Shown here: one piece after another, positions 1-8,269 of the stretch
Position numbering within the stretch: the stretch's first letter is position 1
Layout: each line of letters begins with the position of its first letter
Assembly (NCBI GenBank): GCA_043804035.1
Contig: JAZDJJ010000144.1
Span: 1 to 52,447 of the forward strand
Origin: Bacteroidota bacterium
GTDB lineage: Bacteria; Bacteroidota; Bacteroidia; Palsa-948
Direction of reading: 5' to 3'
DNA length: 52,447 nucleotides
The notes under the pieces: generated by a model
Seen by the model: only the letters and a program-made list of their open reading frames with translations
Told to the model about the DNA's origin: nothing
Databases searched by the model: none
Position numbers and translations under genes: made by a program

Positions 1-1
1 T

Positions 2-370
2 TTGATAAATCTTCTTAAAGCAAGAGGAATAGATATATCTAATACTTTTTGTCGTAATACATATAACTATGAAGGGCAAAACGGAGAAATAGATATTATT
101 GCTGCTAATGGAAAAGATGCAGTAGTGGTTGAAGTCAAAACGACATTACGTCCTGATGATGTTACTAAATTTATGAAAGGTAATTTGCATTTATTTAAAA
201 AAGCATTTAAGCGATTTGCCGATTGCAATGTTTATGGAGCAGTTGCCTTTCTCAGATCAGAAAGTAATGCTCACATCATGGCAGAACGACAAGGACTTTA
301 TGTAATACGTGCAACAGGCAACAGCGCCGCTATTATCAACAAAAAAGAATTTAAGCCGAAAGAATTTTAA
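2..370 (+). CDS. C-terminal part of a PD-(D/E)XK (restriction-endonuclease fold) family protein; 5' end outside window
   Basis: ORF open to the left window edge. Segment GEIDIIAANGKDAVVVEVKT fits a D...E-x-K nuclease core. No finer family assignment possible by eye. Confidence 0.45.
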   Translation: MINLLKARGIDISNTFCRNTYNYEGQNGEIDIIAANGKDAVVVEVKTTLRPDDVTKFMKGNLHLFKKAFKRFADCNVYGAVAFLRSESNAHIMAERQGLYVIRATGNSAAIINKKEFKPKEF

Positions 371-430
371 TATGGAATAATTTATTTCGTTTTTAGTATA
401 ATTGTTTTATTTAATCTGAAACCCAAAATT

Positions 431-667
431 ATGTTACTTGAAATTATCACTCCCGACAAAAAGATTTACAGCGGAGAAATTAACTCTGTAAAACTACCCG
501 GCACTACAGGTTCATTTGGCGTTTTGAAAAATCACGCTCCTTTAATTTCTTCTCTCAAAAAGGGAAATGTAAAAGTTATTGACGAGCAGAAACAAAATCA
601 TTCATTCGCCATCAATGGCGGAATCGTGGAAGTTTTGAAAAACAAAATTACTGTTTTGACTGAATGA
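431..667 (+). CDS. atpC: F0F1 ATP synthase epsilon subunit (short, N-terminal beta-sandwich only)
   Basis: 78 aa. MLLEIITPDKKIYSGE...LPGTTGSFGVLKNHAPLIS...G.V matches the epsilon/delta N-terminal domain pattern. Stop overlaps the next start (ATGA). Confidence 0.85.
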   Translation: MLLEIITPDKKIYSGEINSVKLPGTTGSFGVLKNHAPLISSLKKGNVKVIDEQKQNHSFAINGGIVEVLKNKITVLTE

Positions 668-2490
668 AAAAAAAGAAACCAGCAGACAAATTTGTTTCTA
701 ATAAAAAAGACCGATTAATTTCATTTCTTGTTTTTGCTTTTGCATTTCTTCTTTATGCAAATACGCTAAATCACGGATATGTATTGGATGATGATATAGT
801 GTATCTGAAGAACAAAGATGTGCAGGCAGGATTCGGTGGAATTAAAAATATTCTCTCTCATAGTTTCATTTACGGTTTCACCGGGCATAACGACCAGTCC
901 TATCGTCCTGTCGTACTTATCATTTACGCAATTGAAAAAGAAATTTTCGGGAACAATCCTCATGCTGGACATTTCACTAATGTTTTGCTGTTTGCATTTT
1001 CGTGTTTGCTTCTCTACAAGTTATTGCAAAAAATGTTCATAAAAATACATGGTTTTTCTATATTTCATTCATCATTTGCAATTCGTGATTTGTCATTCAT
1101 CATTGCTCTTCTCTTTGTCTCTCATCCAATTCACACCGAAGCAGTGGCAAACATCAAAGGCAGAGATGATATTTTGAATTTTATTTTTCTGGAATTATCA
1201 CTTCTCTTCATTCTGAAATTTATTGATGAGAAAGCAAACAAACATTTGATATTAAGTGTTTTGTTTTTCTTTTTTTCGCTTCTCTGCAAAGAAATAGCAG
1301 TAACATTCATGGCAATTATTCCGCTCACGGTTTTCTTTTTTAGAGAAGTCCCAATTAAAAAAATCGCGATACTTTCTATTCCATTCGTTGTAACATTTGG
1401 AGTTTACATGCTCATCAGAAGTTCGGTACTAGAGACGATAACTTTCGCCGAGAAAATGAAAATAATAAATAATACACTCGTTGCTGCTACAAATGAATCA
1501 GATAGAATTGCAACTGCCATTTTTATCCTCGGAAAATATATTTCGCTTCTCTTTTTTCCTCTTCATTTGTCATGGGATTATTCTTACAATCAAATTCCCA
1601 TTATGGGATTTTCGGATGTAAAAGTGATAATTACTCTACTCGTTTTTGCAGGATTAGGATTTTATGTATTAAAAACTTTTCACAGAAAAGATGCAGTTGC
1701 TTATTGTATCCTTTTCTTTTTTATAACGATGTTGGTAGTATCAAATATTTTTATCATGATTGGAGCAACACTCGGCGAAAGATTTCTGTTTACTTCTTCT
1801 CTTGCATTTTGTATAGCCATTCCGATTTTACTGATGAGATTCGGGAAGAATGTATTTTATGGAATTGTTTGTGTTATGATATTTTTTTTCTCTTTCAAAA
1901 CATTTGACCGCAATAATGATTGGAAAGATAATTTTTCTCTCTTCACTTCTGGTGCCAAAGATTGTCCAAATAGTTCTCGTGTGCAAAGTGCGATGGGTTC
2001 TGCTTACCGCGAACAAGCAGAGCGGGAAACCGATAGGAACAAACGCATTATGCTGTTTCAGAAAGCCCTTGAGCATTACAATAAAGCAACTGCCATACTT
2101 CCTGAAAATACAGAAGCATTGTATAATGCAGGAGTTTCTTACTATGGAATAGGGGACGGAGAAAATGCACTACGTGTTTATCAGCAAACTTTGAAATATG
2201 AACCCGGCTATACATCAGCAGCAAATAATCTTGGCGTTATTTTTTTTGAAAGAAAAGATTATTCATCTGCGAAAAAATATTTTACTCAAGCAATTTCTTA
2301 CGATTCAAACAATGCAGATGCACTCGGAAATCTTGGAGCCATCAATCACAACTTGGGAGATTTAAAAACTGCTATTTCGTTTTATGAAAGAGCGTTGAAT
2401 TTAAATCCGAATAATCAAAATATTTTAAGTAATCTTCAGAAAGCAAAGACAAGTTTAAATTCCATGCAACAAAATCAATCCTTAAAATAG
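664..2490 (+). CDS. Polytopic membrane protein with C-terminal TPR repeats (DUF1736/TMTC-like, GT-C type glycosyltransferase-like)
   Basis: 608 aa. About 10 hydrophobic segments are followed by several 34-aa TPR units (e.g. ALYNAGVSYYGIGDGENALRVYQQTLKYEP, ADALGNLGAINHNLGDLKTAISFYERALNLNP). The N-terminal motif GYVLDDD is typical of this family. Confidence 0.6.
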   Translation: MKKKKPADKFVSNKKDRLISFLVFAFAFLLYANTLNHGYVLDDDIVYLKNKDVQAGFGGIKNILSHSFIYGFTGHNDQSYRPVVLIIYAIEKEIFGNNPHAGHFTNVLLFAFSCLLLYKLLQKMFIKIHGFSIFHSSFAIRDLSFIIALLFVSHPIHTEAVANIKGRDDILNFIFLELSLLFILKFIDEKANKHLILSVLFFFFSLLCKEIAVTFMAIIPLTVFFFREVPIKKIAILSIPFVVTFGVYMLIRSSVLETITFAEKMKIINNTLVAATNESDRIATAIFILGKYISLLFFPLHLSWDYSYNQIPIMGFSDVKVIITLLVFAGLGFYVLKTFHRKDAVAYCILFFFITMLVVSNIFIMIGATLGERFLFTSSLAFCIAIPILLMRFGKNVFYGIVCVMIFFFSFKTFDRNNDWKDNFSLFTSGAKDCPNSSRVQSAMGSAYREQAERETDRNKRIMLFQKALEHYNKATAILPENTEALYNAGVSYYGIGDGENALRVYQQTLKYEPGYTSAANNLGVIFFERKDYSSAKKYFTQAISYDSNNADALGNLGAINHNLGDLKTAISFYERALNLNPNNQNILSNLQKAKTSLNSMQQNQSLK

Positions 2491-2513
2491 TTTTTCTAAA
2501 TTCGCAAACTTTA

Positions 2514-2601
2514 GGAGAGATGTCCGAGTGGTTTAAGGAGCACGCCTGGAAAGTGTGTGTGCCTCAAAAGGGTACCGTGGGTTCGAATCCCACTCTCTCC
2601 G
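2514..2601 (+). tRNA. tRNA-Ser (anticodon GGA), class II with long variable arm
   Basis: Acceptor stem GGAGAGA/TCTCTCC plus discriminator G. Anticodon stem CACGC/GTGTG with loop CTGGAAA. Long variable arm and T-arm GGGTTCGAATCCC. No encoded CCA. Confidence 0.9.
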
Positions 2602-2638
2602 CTGAAAAAACTTTTTGAATGGATATAAAGATTTGACA

Positions 2639-3604
2639 TTAATAGCGAATTGTTCCTGATAAGTAATGTTGTATGTAATCAGATATTCCTTCTTCCATAG
2701 AGAAAAAGTTTTTGTCATAACTGATACTCCTGAGTTTTTCCATTTTCGCTTCGGTGAAATACTGGTATTTATTTCTGATGTCAGATGGTGTGTCAATAAA
2801 TTCTATTTGTGGTATTTTCCCGAGAGCAGAAAATACATTCTTTGCAAGATCCGAAAATGTTCTAGATTTCCCTGACCCAAGATTATAGATTCCTGAGTTT
2901 TTACGATGAAGCATGAACCAATGCAAAACTTCCATCACATCTTTCACATAAATAAAATCGCGCAACTGTTCACCATCTTTGTATTTTGGATTGTGTGAAC
3001 GGAATAATTTTACTTTTCCTGTTTCCTGAATTTGATTGAATGAATGAAATACCACCGAAGCCATTCTTCCTTTATGATATTCATTTGGTCCATACACATT
3101 AAAAAATTTAAGTCCTGCCCAGAAGTACGGTTTTCTCTCTTGCTTTAACGCCCATTTGTCAAATTCATTTTTTGATTCTCCATAAAGATTGAGGGGTATT
3201 AATTTTTCTATCACTTCGTGGTTATCTTCATAGCCAAATTCTCCTCCTCCATAAGTGGCAGCCGAAGAAGCATACACTAATGGAAGTCCGTATTCAACAC
3301 ATACATTCCAAACATCTTTAGAAAAGTTAAGATTGAGTTTATTAAAAATATTTTTGTCGGATTCAATAGTATCGGTTCTTGCACCAATGTGAAAAACAAA
3401 TTGCACAAAGCGATGATTTTCTCTAAGCCATTGCGGAAAGATATCGCGGTAAACTTCTTTTGAAAATATCTTACCGAAAAGATTTTTATTTTTCTCTTCT
3501 TTTGAAAAATCATCCACTACAACAATGTCCTTGTATCCTTCCTCGTTAAGTTTTTTTACAAGGCAGGAACCAATAAATCCTGTGGCACCGGTAACTACAA
3601 TCAT
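2639..3604 (-). CDS. hldD: ADP-L-glycero-D-manno-heptose 6-epimerase-like NAD-dependent epimerase
   Basis: 321 aa. N-terminal Rossmann motif VTGATGFIGS. YASSAATYG, FNVYGPNEYHKGRMASVVFH and RDFIYVKDV align with E. coli HldD/RfaD blocks recalled from memory. Confidence 0.8.
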   Translation of the reverse strand: MIVVTGATGFIGSCLVKKLNEEGYKDIVVVDDFSKEEKNKNLFGKIFSKEVYRDIFPQWLRENHRFVQFVFHIGARTDTIESDKNIFNKLNLNFSKDVWNVCVEYGLPLVYASSAATYGGGEFGYEDNHEVIEKLIPLNLYGESKNEFDKWALKQERKPYFWAGLKFFNVYGPNEYHKGRMASVVFHSFNQIQETGKVKLFRSHNPKYKDGEQLRDFIYVKDVMEVLHWFMLHRKNSGIYNLGSGKSRTFSDLAKNVFSALGKIPQIEFIDTPSDIRNKYQYFTEAKMEKLRSISYDKNFFSMEEGISDYIQHYLSGTIRY

Positions 3605-3608
3605 ACTC

Positions 3609-3692
3609 TATGAATTATGAATTACGAATTACGAATTATGAATTATGAATTACGAATTATGAATTATGAATTATGAATTATGAATTACGAAT
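3609..3692. repeat. Perfectly phased tandem array of 12 heptamers TAYGAAT (Y pattern T,T,C,C,T,T,C,T,T,T,T,C)
   Basis: Counted directly in the sequence, 84 bp. It lies between the lipoprotein gene stop (3759) and the hldD-like start codon (3602-3604 on the minus strand), ending 5 nt from that start. Confidence 0.95.
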
Positions 3693-3758
3693 ATAGAAAA
3701 AAATGCACTCTATAATTTGTTAATCAAAAACTATTCTCCTCTATGAATGAACGTGGCT

Positions 3759-4187
3759 TTAATTAAAAATATGCAATACAGTTCCGTCAAAAATAACTTG
3801 GTAGTATTTAAGCGGAATAGTTGCTGGTCCTTGATTTGCAGAACCATCAGTGATAAGAAATTTTGAACCGCAGACAGCATCAGTTGCAATAAGATTTGAT
3901 GCATCAATCGCCACTTGATTTGCATCAGAAGTTTTATAGGTACAATGACGGTCGTAAGCCATAAATTCGGTCTGTGATTTTCTGAACACGATAATTCCTT
4001 TGGACCCACCTGAAATATAAATCCATCCTCCGATAGCGTTCAACTGTAAAAAATCAGGATCAGTGGAATACAAATAAATGTCAACATATACATTGGGTAC
4101 TTCGTCTCTATCTTTCTTGCATCCTATGAAAATAAAAAGGAGCAGCAAAGCCAAAGAAATATTATTATACCGGAAATATCTGTTCAT
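3759..4187 (-). CDS. Small lipoprotein, possibly a degenerate Rieske-fold domain
   Basis: 142 aa. Lipobox LLLFIFIGC. The C-terminal pattern GGSKGIIVFR...AYDRHCTY...AVCGSKFLITDG...GPA resembles Rieske-like domains but lacks the full 2Cys+2His ligand set. Confidence 0.5.
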   Translation of the reverse strand: MNRYFRYNNISLALLLLFIFIGCKKDRDEVPNVYVDIYLYSTDPDFLQLNAIGGWIYISGGSKGIIVFRKSQTEFMAYDRHCTYKTSDANQVAIDASNLIATDAVCGSKFLITDGSANQGPATIPLKYYQVIFDGTVLHIFN

Positions 4188-4196
4188 TTTGGTTTA

Positions 4197-4619
4197 TTAT
4201 TGATCTATTATATCGTTGTAATCAACAGATATATTCATCTTAGAAGTAATAGTTAGTCGAATATTTTTAGCAATAGAAATAGATTTTTCGACTTTCTCAT
4301 TAGATAAATTTATTGTTTCGTTGGGGTATCTTATTTCAACTGCATAACTTTGTAATTCTAATAAATCATCATAATATTTTTGAATTTCAGGATCCTTTGG
4401 AGTTATCAATTCAAGCAAATATATCAAGTCATGATATCTTTTGAATTCTATATCAAGAAAAATCAAATATCCTTTTAAATACTTCTCTACTGCTTGCTGA
4501 CAATGAAATGTTGTCGTATCTAAGTAATCCGGTATATGCAAATGGGTTACCTTAGCCGTTCCCAGGTCATGGTCAGCTTTAATAATCCACTGAATTATTT
4601 CATTATTTTTCTCGTTCAT
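4197..4619 (-). CDS. HEPN domain protein (toxin-like partner of a HEPN/MNT pair)
   Basis: 140 aa. A..DL..A......Y....F.CQQAVEKYLKGYL...HDLIYLLE...EIRYP is the classic HEPN (Pfam PF05168-type) pattern. It overlaps the upstream MNT gene by 17 nt. Confidence 0.8.
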   Translation of the reverse strand: MNEKNNEIIQWIIKADHDLGTAKVTHLHIPDYLDTTTFHCQQAVEKYLKGYLIFLDIEFKRYHDLIYLLELITPKDPEIQKYYDDLLELQSYAVEIRYPNETINLSNEKVEKSISIAKNIRLTITSKMNISVDYNDIIDQ

Positions 4620-4923
4620 ATAGGGTTTTTCCGGTATTTAATACTTCATAAACAAAGCTATATTTGTTCTCTTTTGATTCTTCAATTTCTTTTGGAGTAT
4701 AAACAATTAAATCTATTGGAATCATTGCTCCCCATAATAATTTCCTAACATGGATTGATCGCTGGGGCCTTGAAATATCTGTGTCTTTTATTACAAACAA
4801 ATCAAGATCACTATTTTCATTCGGATTCCCATTTGCATAAGAACCGAATAAAATAATTTTCTCCGGATTGTAGGAGTATACAATCTTATTTACAATCTCC
4901 GATATCTTATCTTGTTTGATCAT
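4603..4923 (-). CDS. Minimal nucleotidyltransferase (MNT) domain protein
   Basis: 106 aa. LFGSYANGNPNENSDLDLFV carries the G-S...D-x-D Pol-beta-type nucleotidyltransferase signature. Confidence 0.8.
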   Translation of the reverse strand: MIKQDKISEIVNKIVYSYNPEKIILFGSYANGNPNENSDLDLFVIKDTDISRPQRSIHVRKLLWGAMIPIDLIVYTPKEIEESKENKYSFVYEVLNTGKTLYEREK

Positions 4924-5150
4924 ACTTTTTTGCTAAAATACTATTTTTTTATTGAATTTATTTATATGCCTGATTTTTTGGCTTGGCGGTAACGTTCCGC
5001 AGGTTTATGGCAATACGGGAATGAATCTCCCCGTAGCAAGCCGAGTAGTATTTTATTGATAAAAACAAACTTATACTTTTTTATTATCATTTTTTTTACA
5101 CTCGGATTACGTTTTGCTAAATCCGAGAGAGCGGGAGTAGTATTTTATTG

Positions 5151-5828
5151 TCAGAACACATACCCAATCTTAAGACTTATTGGAATGTTGTAGGTAAATC
5201 GTCTTCCTTGCTCAATCGTCTCGTATGAATAACCTTTATGCCAAATAGCACCAAGTTTGTCTGATTGGTTTATTCTGCCGTCATGTGTAATGTCCCAACG
5301 CTTAGCACCAATACCTGCGGAAAGATCAATTATTAAATGTATGATTGATATTTGCAAGCCCCATCTAAGATTGAAACTTACGCCAGTTCTATTAACTAAA
5401 ATAGAGTCCAAGTAACTATTTGCATAAGATACTGAGTCACGTAACCAAGTCTGAGAACCAAATCTCTCGATTGTATTGAATGTCGATTTGTCATAGGTCA
5501 AGTCAGAAGCAAAGTACTGTCTAACTATTGAGTTGGCTGTATAAAAATATTTTCCTGCAATCGAAAGTCTGCCACCATGAATGTTTGTGTGTTCATTAAA
5601 ATTCATTTTGAATAAGTCAACGAAGTACATTGCGGAAATTTCGGCAGAAACTTTTTTGGAAAATAATCTTTCATAACTTAATTCAAGTCCATTGTCAAAA
5701 AAATTAACCGTCGCTGAAGGAGAAAACTTAATTTGATTCTTAAAAGTTGCACTACTGTCCTGTCCATCTATGAAATGAACCTGAAAAAATAAAGCAATTA
5801 ATGGTAATATGTAAATTTGTCTTTTCAA
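5151..5828 (-). CDS. Putative outer-membrane beta-barrel protein
   Basis: 225 aa. Signal peptide MKRQIYILPLIALFF, alternating hydrophobic pattern, C-terminal ...LKIGYVF ending in an aromatic residue. Confidence 0.5.
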   Translation of the reverse strand: MKRQIYILPLIALFFQVHFIDGQDSSATFKNQIKFSPSATVNFFDNGLELSYERLFSKKVSAEISAMYFVDLFKMNFNEHTNIHGGRLSIAGKYFYTANSIVRQYFASDLTYDKSTFNTIERFGSQTWLRDSVSYANSYLDSILVNRTGVSFNLRWGLQISIIHLIIDLSAGIGAKRWDITHDGRINQSDKLGAIWHKGYSYETIEQGRRFTYNIPISLKIGYVF

Positions 5829-5955
5829 TAAAATTGGCTATAACTTGTTTCTCGCTCACCTTTGTGGTGATATATTCATTGTTTTTGGGTAGATTGCTAC
5901 ACCTTTTGTGCTCAATCCTACAAATCGAAATTGTCTGCGGAATTCTTTATATTCT

Positions 5956-6126
5956 TAGGACTTATGCACAAATGTAAAAATATAATTAGAATACATGCCG
6001 ATTTTTCGGACTGTGCTGTGGCGTGATAGAAAAATTTACACAAAAAAAATATTTTTAGTGGTGGTTTTTTATTGATGGCGGGTCAATCCCGCCATGACGA
6101 AAGTTGTTCTTTTTGCGTAAGTCCTA
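5956..6126. repeat. 171-bp element bounded by 13-bp inverted termini TAGGACTTAYGCA / TGCGTAAGTCCTA, containing a REP-like hairpin
   Basis: Termini at 5956-5968 and 6114-6126 match 12/13 as reverse complements. Internal hairpin ATGGCGGG-tcaat-CCCGCCAT at 6076-6096 is followed by GACGAA. Confidence 0.6.
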
Positions 6127-6144
6127 TTATATTTTTGTCTATAC

Positions 6145-6492
6145 TTGTCAACAATGAAATTACTCATCAGAATATTTATTTTCTTTTTTGTGCTTTTTTC
6201 CATCCCTGTTTTTTCGCAGGAGAAAACAGATGAGACAAAAACAGAAAAGAAACAGGATGTGGAAAGCAGAAAGGCAAAACGGAAAAAGGCAAGAAAAGAA
6301 TGGAAGGAAAAAAGAGAAGGATTACGGATTGAACGTAAAGCCATTCGCCAGCATGAAAAACGTTTGCAGACCAAAGAAACACGTAAGCGATTAAGAAAGA
6401 ACAAGCAGAAAGCCGACAGAGTGAATCGGAATAAGAAAGAATTTTTTCTAATACGTTTGTTTAAGCCAAAGCCGAAAACAGGAACGTGGTAA
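6145..6492 (+). CDS. Secreted, extremely lysine/arginine-rich small protein (hypothetical)
   Basis: 115 aa. Signal-like N-terminus (MKLLIRIFIFFFVLFSIPVFSQE), then about 80 aa dominated by K/R/E. Mirror-strand ORFs here are artefacts of the low-complexity composition. Confidence 0.45.
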   Translation: MSTMKLLIRIFIFFFVLFSIPVFSQEKTDETKTEKKQDVESRKAKRKKARKEWKEKREGLRIERKAIRQHEKRLQTKETRKRLRKNKQKADRVNRNKKEFFLIRLFKPKPKTGTW

Positions 6493-7689
6493 CTAATTTA
6501 TCAACTCTTTTATTTTTTCTTCAAGAGAAGGTCCTCTTAATTTTTTACCAACAATTTTTCCTTCACGGTCAATAAGACAAGTGAAAGGAATGGCATTAAA
6601 ATCGTAAAGTTTGGTAATCGGAGAATTCCACTGTTTGAGATCGCTCACATGATTTTTCCAAGAAAGTTTATCTTTTGCAATGGCTTCTATCCATGCTTTT
6701 TTATTAAGGTCCAATGATACACTAAAAATATCGAATCCTTTGTCTTTATATTTATTGTAAATCTTCACCACAAAAGGATTATCTGCCCTACATGGTTTGC
6801 ACCATGATGCCCAAAAATCAATCAACACAATTTTTCCTTTAAGTGAAGAAAGTGATAACGGTTTTCCATCAGGAGTGTTCATTGTTATATCAGGAGCCAT
6901 AGCACCAACGGAAAGCCGTTTTGCATCCTGCACATAATTGTAAAATCCTTTCAGCCGCTCCATGTTCGGATATTTTTTTGTAAGTGCATCAACAACTTTT
7001 TCATAGTAAGAAATATTTTCATCAAGGTTCATCATTTGAATAGCAGAGAGCGTGGCAAAGGAGCCAAGATTTTCGTCAATAAATTTTTTGAGAAACACAT
7101 TATGCTCGTCAGAGATTTTTTGAATCTTTTCTGAAAATTTATTAAAGGTTGGTTCCAAAATTTTAGAGAGCGAATCAATACTAACTGAATCTTTTGTTGT
7201 ATTCAGGAATACTTCAAAAACTTTGCGAATAGAATCTTGTTTTTGTTTGAGCACATCCACTTTCTTAAAATTCTTTTCCGACTGCTCGTTGAACTTCAGG
7301 AATATTTCAGAATCCTTTGAGCCCGATACTTTATAGGTTTTGGCAAGATTAGTGGCATCTGCTTCAAATGTTAATTTTTCAGTGCTGTCAAGGATGATGG
7401 TAGCGAAATCGGTCTGACTGATTTTTATGTTGTAAAAACCTTTTTCAGGAACTTTTTTTAGAAAATAAAATTCACCATTTTCATTTGCTATTACAGAATC
7501 AATGACTTCCATTTGTGAAGTGTTCATATTCACCAACAGAAACATCAATCCTTTGCCATTTGTAATTTTTCCATGTATCTGATAATTTGATTTTTCTTTC
7601 TCACTTCCGCAAGAAAAAACAATGGCAAGGACAAACGTTAATACTGCAAGATATGAAGAAGAAGAAAAAAATAGTTTAGTGTTTTTCAT
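6493..7689 (-). CDS. TlpA-like thiol:disulfide oxidoreductase lipoprotein (thioredoxin fold, AhpC/TSA-type)
   Basis: 398 aa. Lipobox VFSCGS. The C-terminal domain has KIVLIDFWASWCKPCRADNP with a CxxC active site. Confidence 0.8.
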   Translation of the reverse strand: MKNTKLFFSSSSYLAVLTFVLAIVFSCGSEKEKSNYQIHGKITNGKGLMFLLVNMNTSQMEVIDSVIANENGEFYFLKKVPEKGFYNIKISQTDFATIILDSTEKLTFEADATNLAKTYKVSGSKDSEIFLKFNEQSEKNFKKVDVLKQKQDSIRKVFEVFLNTTKDSVSIDSLSKILEPTFNKFSEKIQKISDEHNVFLKKFIDENLGSFATLSAIQMMNLDENISYYEKVVDALTKKYPNMERLKGFYNYVQDAKRLSVGAMAPDITMNTPDGKPLSLSSLKGKIVLIDFWASWCKPCRADNPFVVKIYNKYKDKGFDIFSVSLDLNKKAWIEAIAKDKLSWKNHVSDLKQWNSPITKLYDFNAIPFTCLIDREGKIVGKKLRGPSLEEKIKELIN

Positions 7690-7971
7690 TTGTTCTTTAA
7701 AATTATATTGATCTTTTTAGTTGGTGAATAAATTACATAAGCAACTTTTCCGATTAAACAAACTTACATGAAATTTTCAATTACACATGAACGAAATAAA
7801 AATCGGCTAATTCTTATGATAAGGTGCTGGAAAAATAATTGTCTTGCAGTATCTTCGTCCGTCAGTTGGCTGATGATTTAAAAAACCTTATCTTTTTCTG
7901 ATAACCTTAGTAGAAATTAAGATACGATAGCAATAATTCAACCTTATTACCTTTAGGACTTACGCACTGAT

Positions 7972-8030
7972 GTCATTGCGTAGGAGAAATGAAGATTGCT
8001 TCCTGCTTCGTGCCTCGCAGTCGCAATGAC
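7972..8030. repeat. Palindromic intergenic element GTCATTGCG...CGCAATGAC
   Basis: 9-bp perfect inverted termini, with internal AGATTGCTTC shared with the 25732-25883 element. Confidence 0.7.
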
Positions 8031-8113
8031 GATACGGAAATAAAAAAGATGACGTGTCAAGCCCGCCATTCTTTGCGACTTTGCGTCTTGGCGAGAGAAG
8101 ATAATTGATTGAG

Positions 8114-8141
8114 GTGGCGTGTCAATCCCGCCATGACGAAC
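8114..8141. repeat. REP-like hairpin copy (GTGGCGTGTCAATCCCGCCATGACGAAC)
   Basis: Same family as 6074-6102 and 23153-23220. A further degenerate copy lies at about 8049-8070. Confidence 0.7.
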
Positions 8142-8190
8142 TAAGGAGATAATTTATTGTAATAGGACTTACGCAGAGTTTTCTTATTCT

Positions 8191-8269
8191 GCCACAAAGA
8201 TTCACAAAGAAATTCTTGCGAATTATTCTCTTGCAAAGCAAAAACTTGGTGTCTTTGGATCTTAGTGGC
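8191..8269. repeat. Imperfect palindromic element GCCACAAAGATTCACAAAG ... CTTTGGATCTTAGTGGC
   Basis: The arms at 8191-8209 and 8253-8269 are near reverse complements. Confidence 0.55.

Noticed and set aside
2533-2796. 87-aa ORF overlapping tRNA-Ser and the 3' end of the epimerase gene
   Set aside because: It overlaps a well-formed tRNA and a strongly supported CDS, and it has no independent coding signal.
3609-3692. Possibility that the heptamer array or other repeats are a CRISPR array
   Set aside because: The units are 7 nt, contiguous and without spacers. The other repeat families are dispersed palindromes without regular repeat-spacer periodicity. No cas genes are present.
5043-5150. 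16-bp direct repeats GAGTAGTATTTTATTG as att-like or target-site duplications of an inserted element
   Set aside because: Only 76 bp lie between them, there is no gene cargo and no recombinase. This is more likely a local duplication of a repeat unit.
6069-6404. 111-aa and 68-aa ORFs antisense to or overlapping the basic secreted-protein gene
   Set aside because: This is mirror-image low complexity. The 111-aa ORF terminates inside the REP hairpin (…MAGLTRHQ), a typical phantom ORF created by the repeat.
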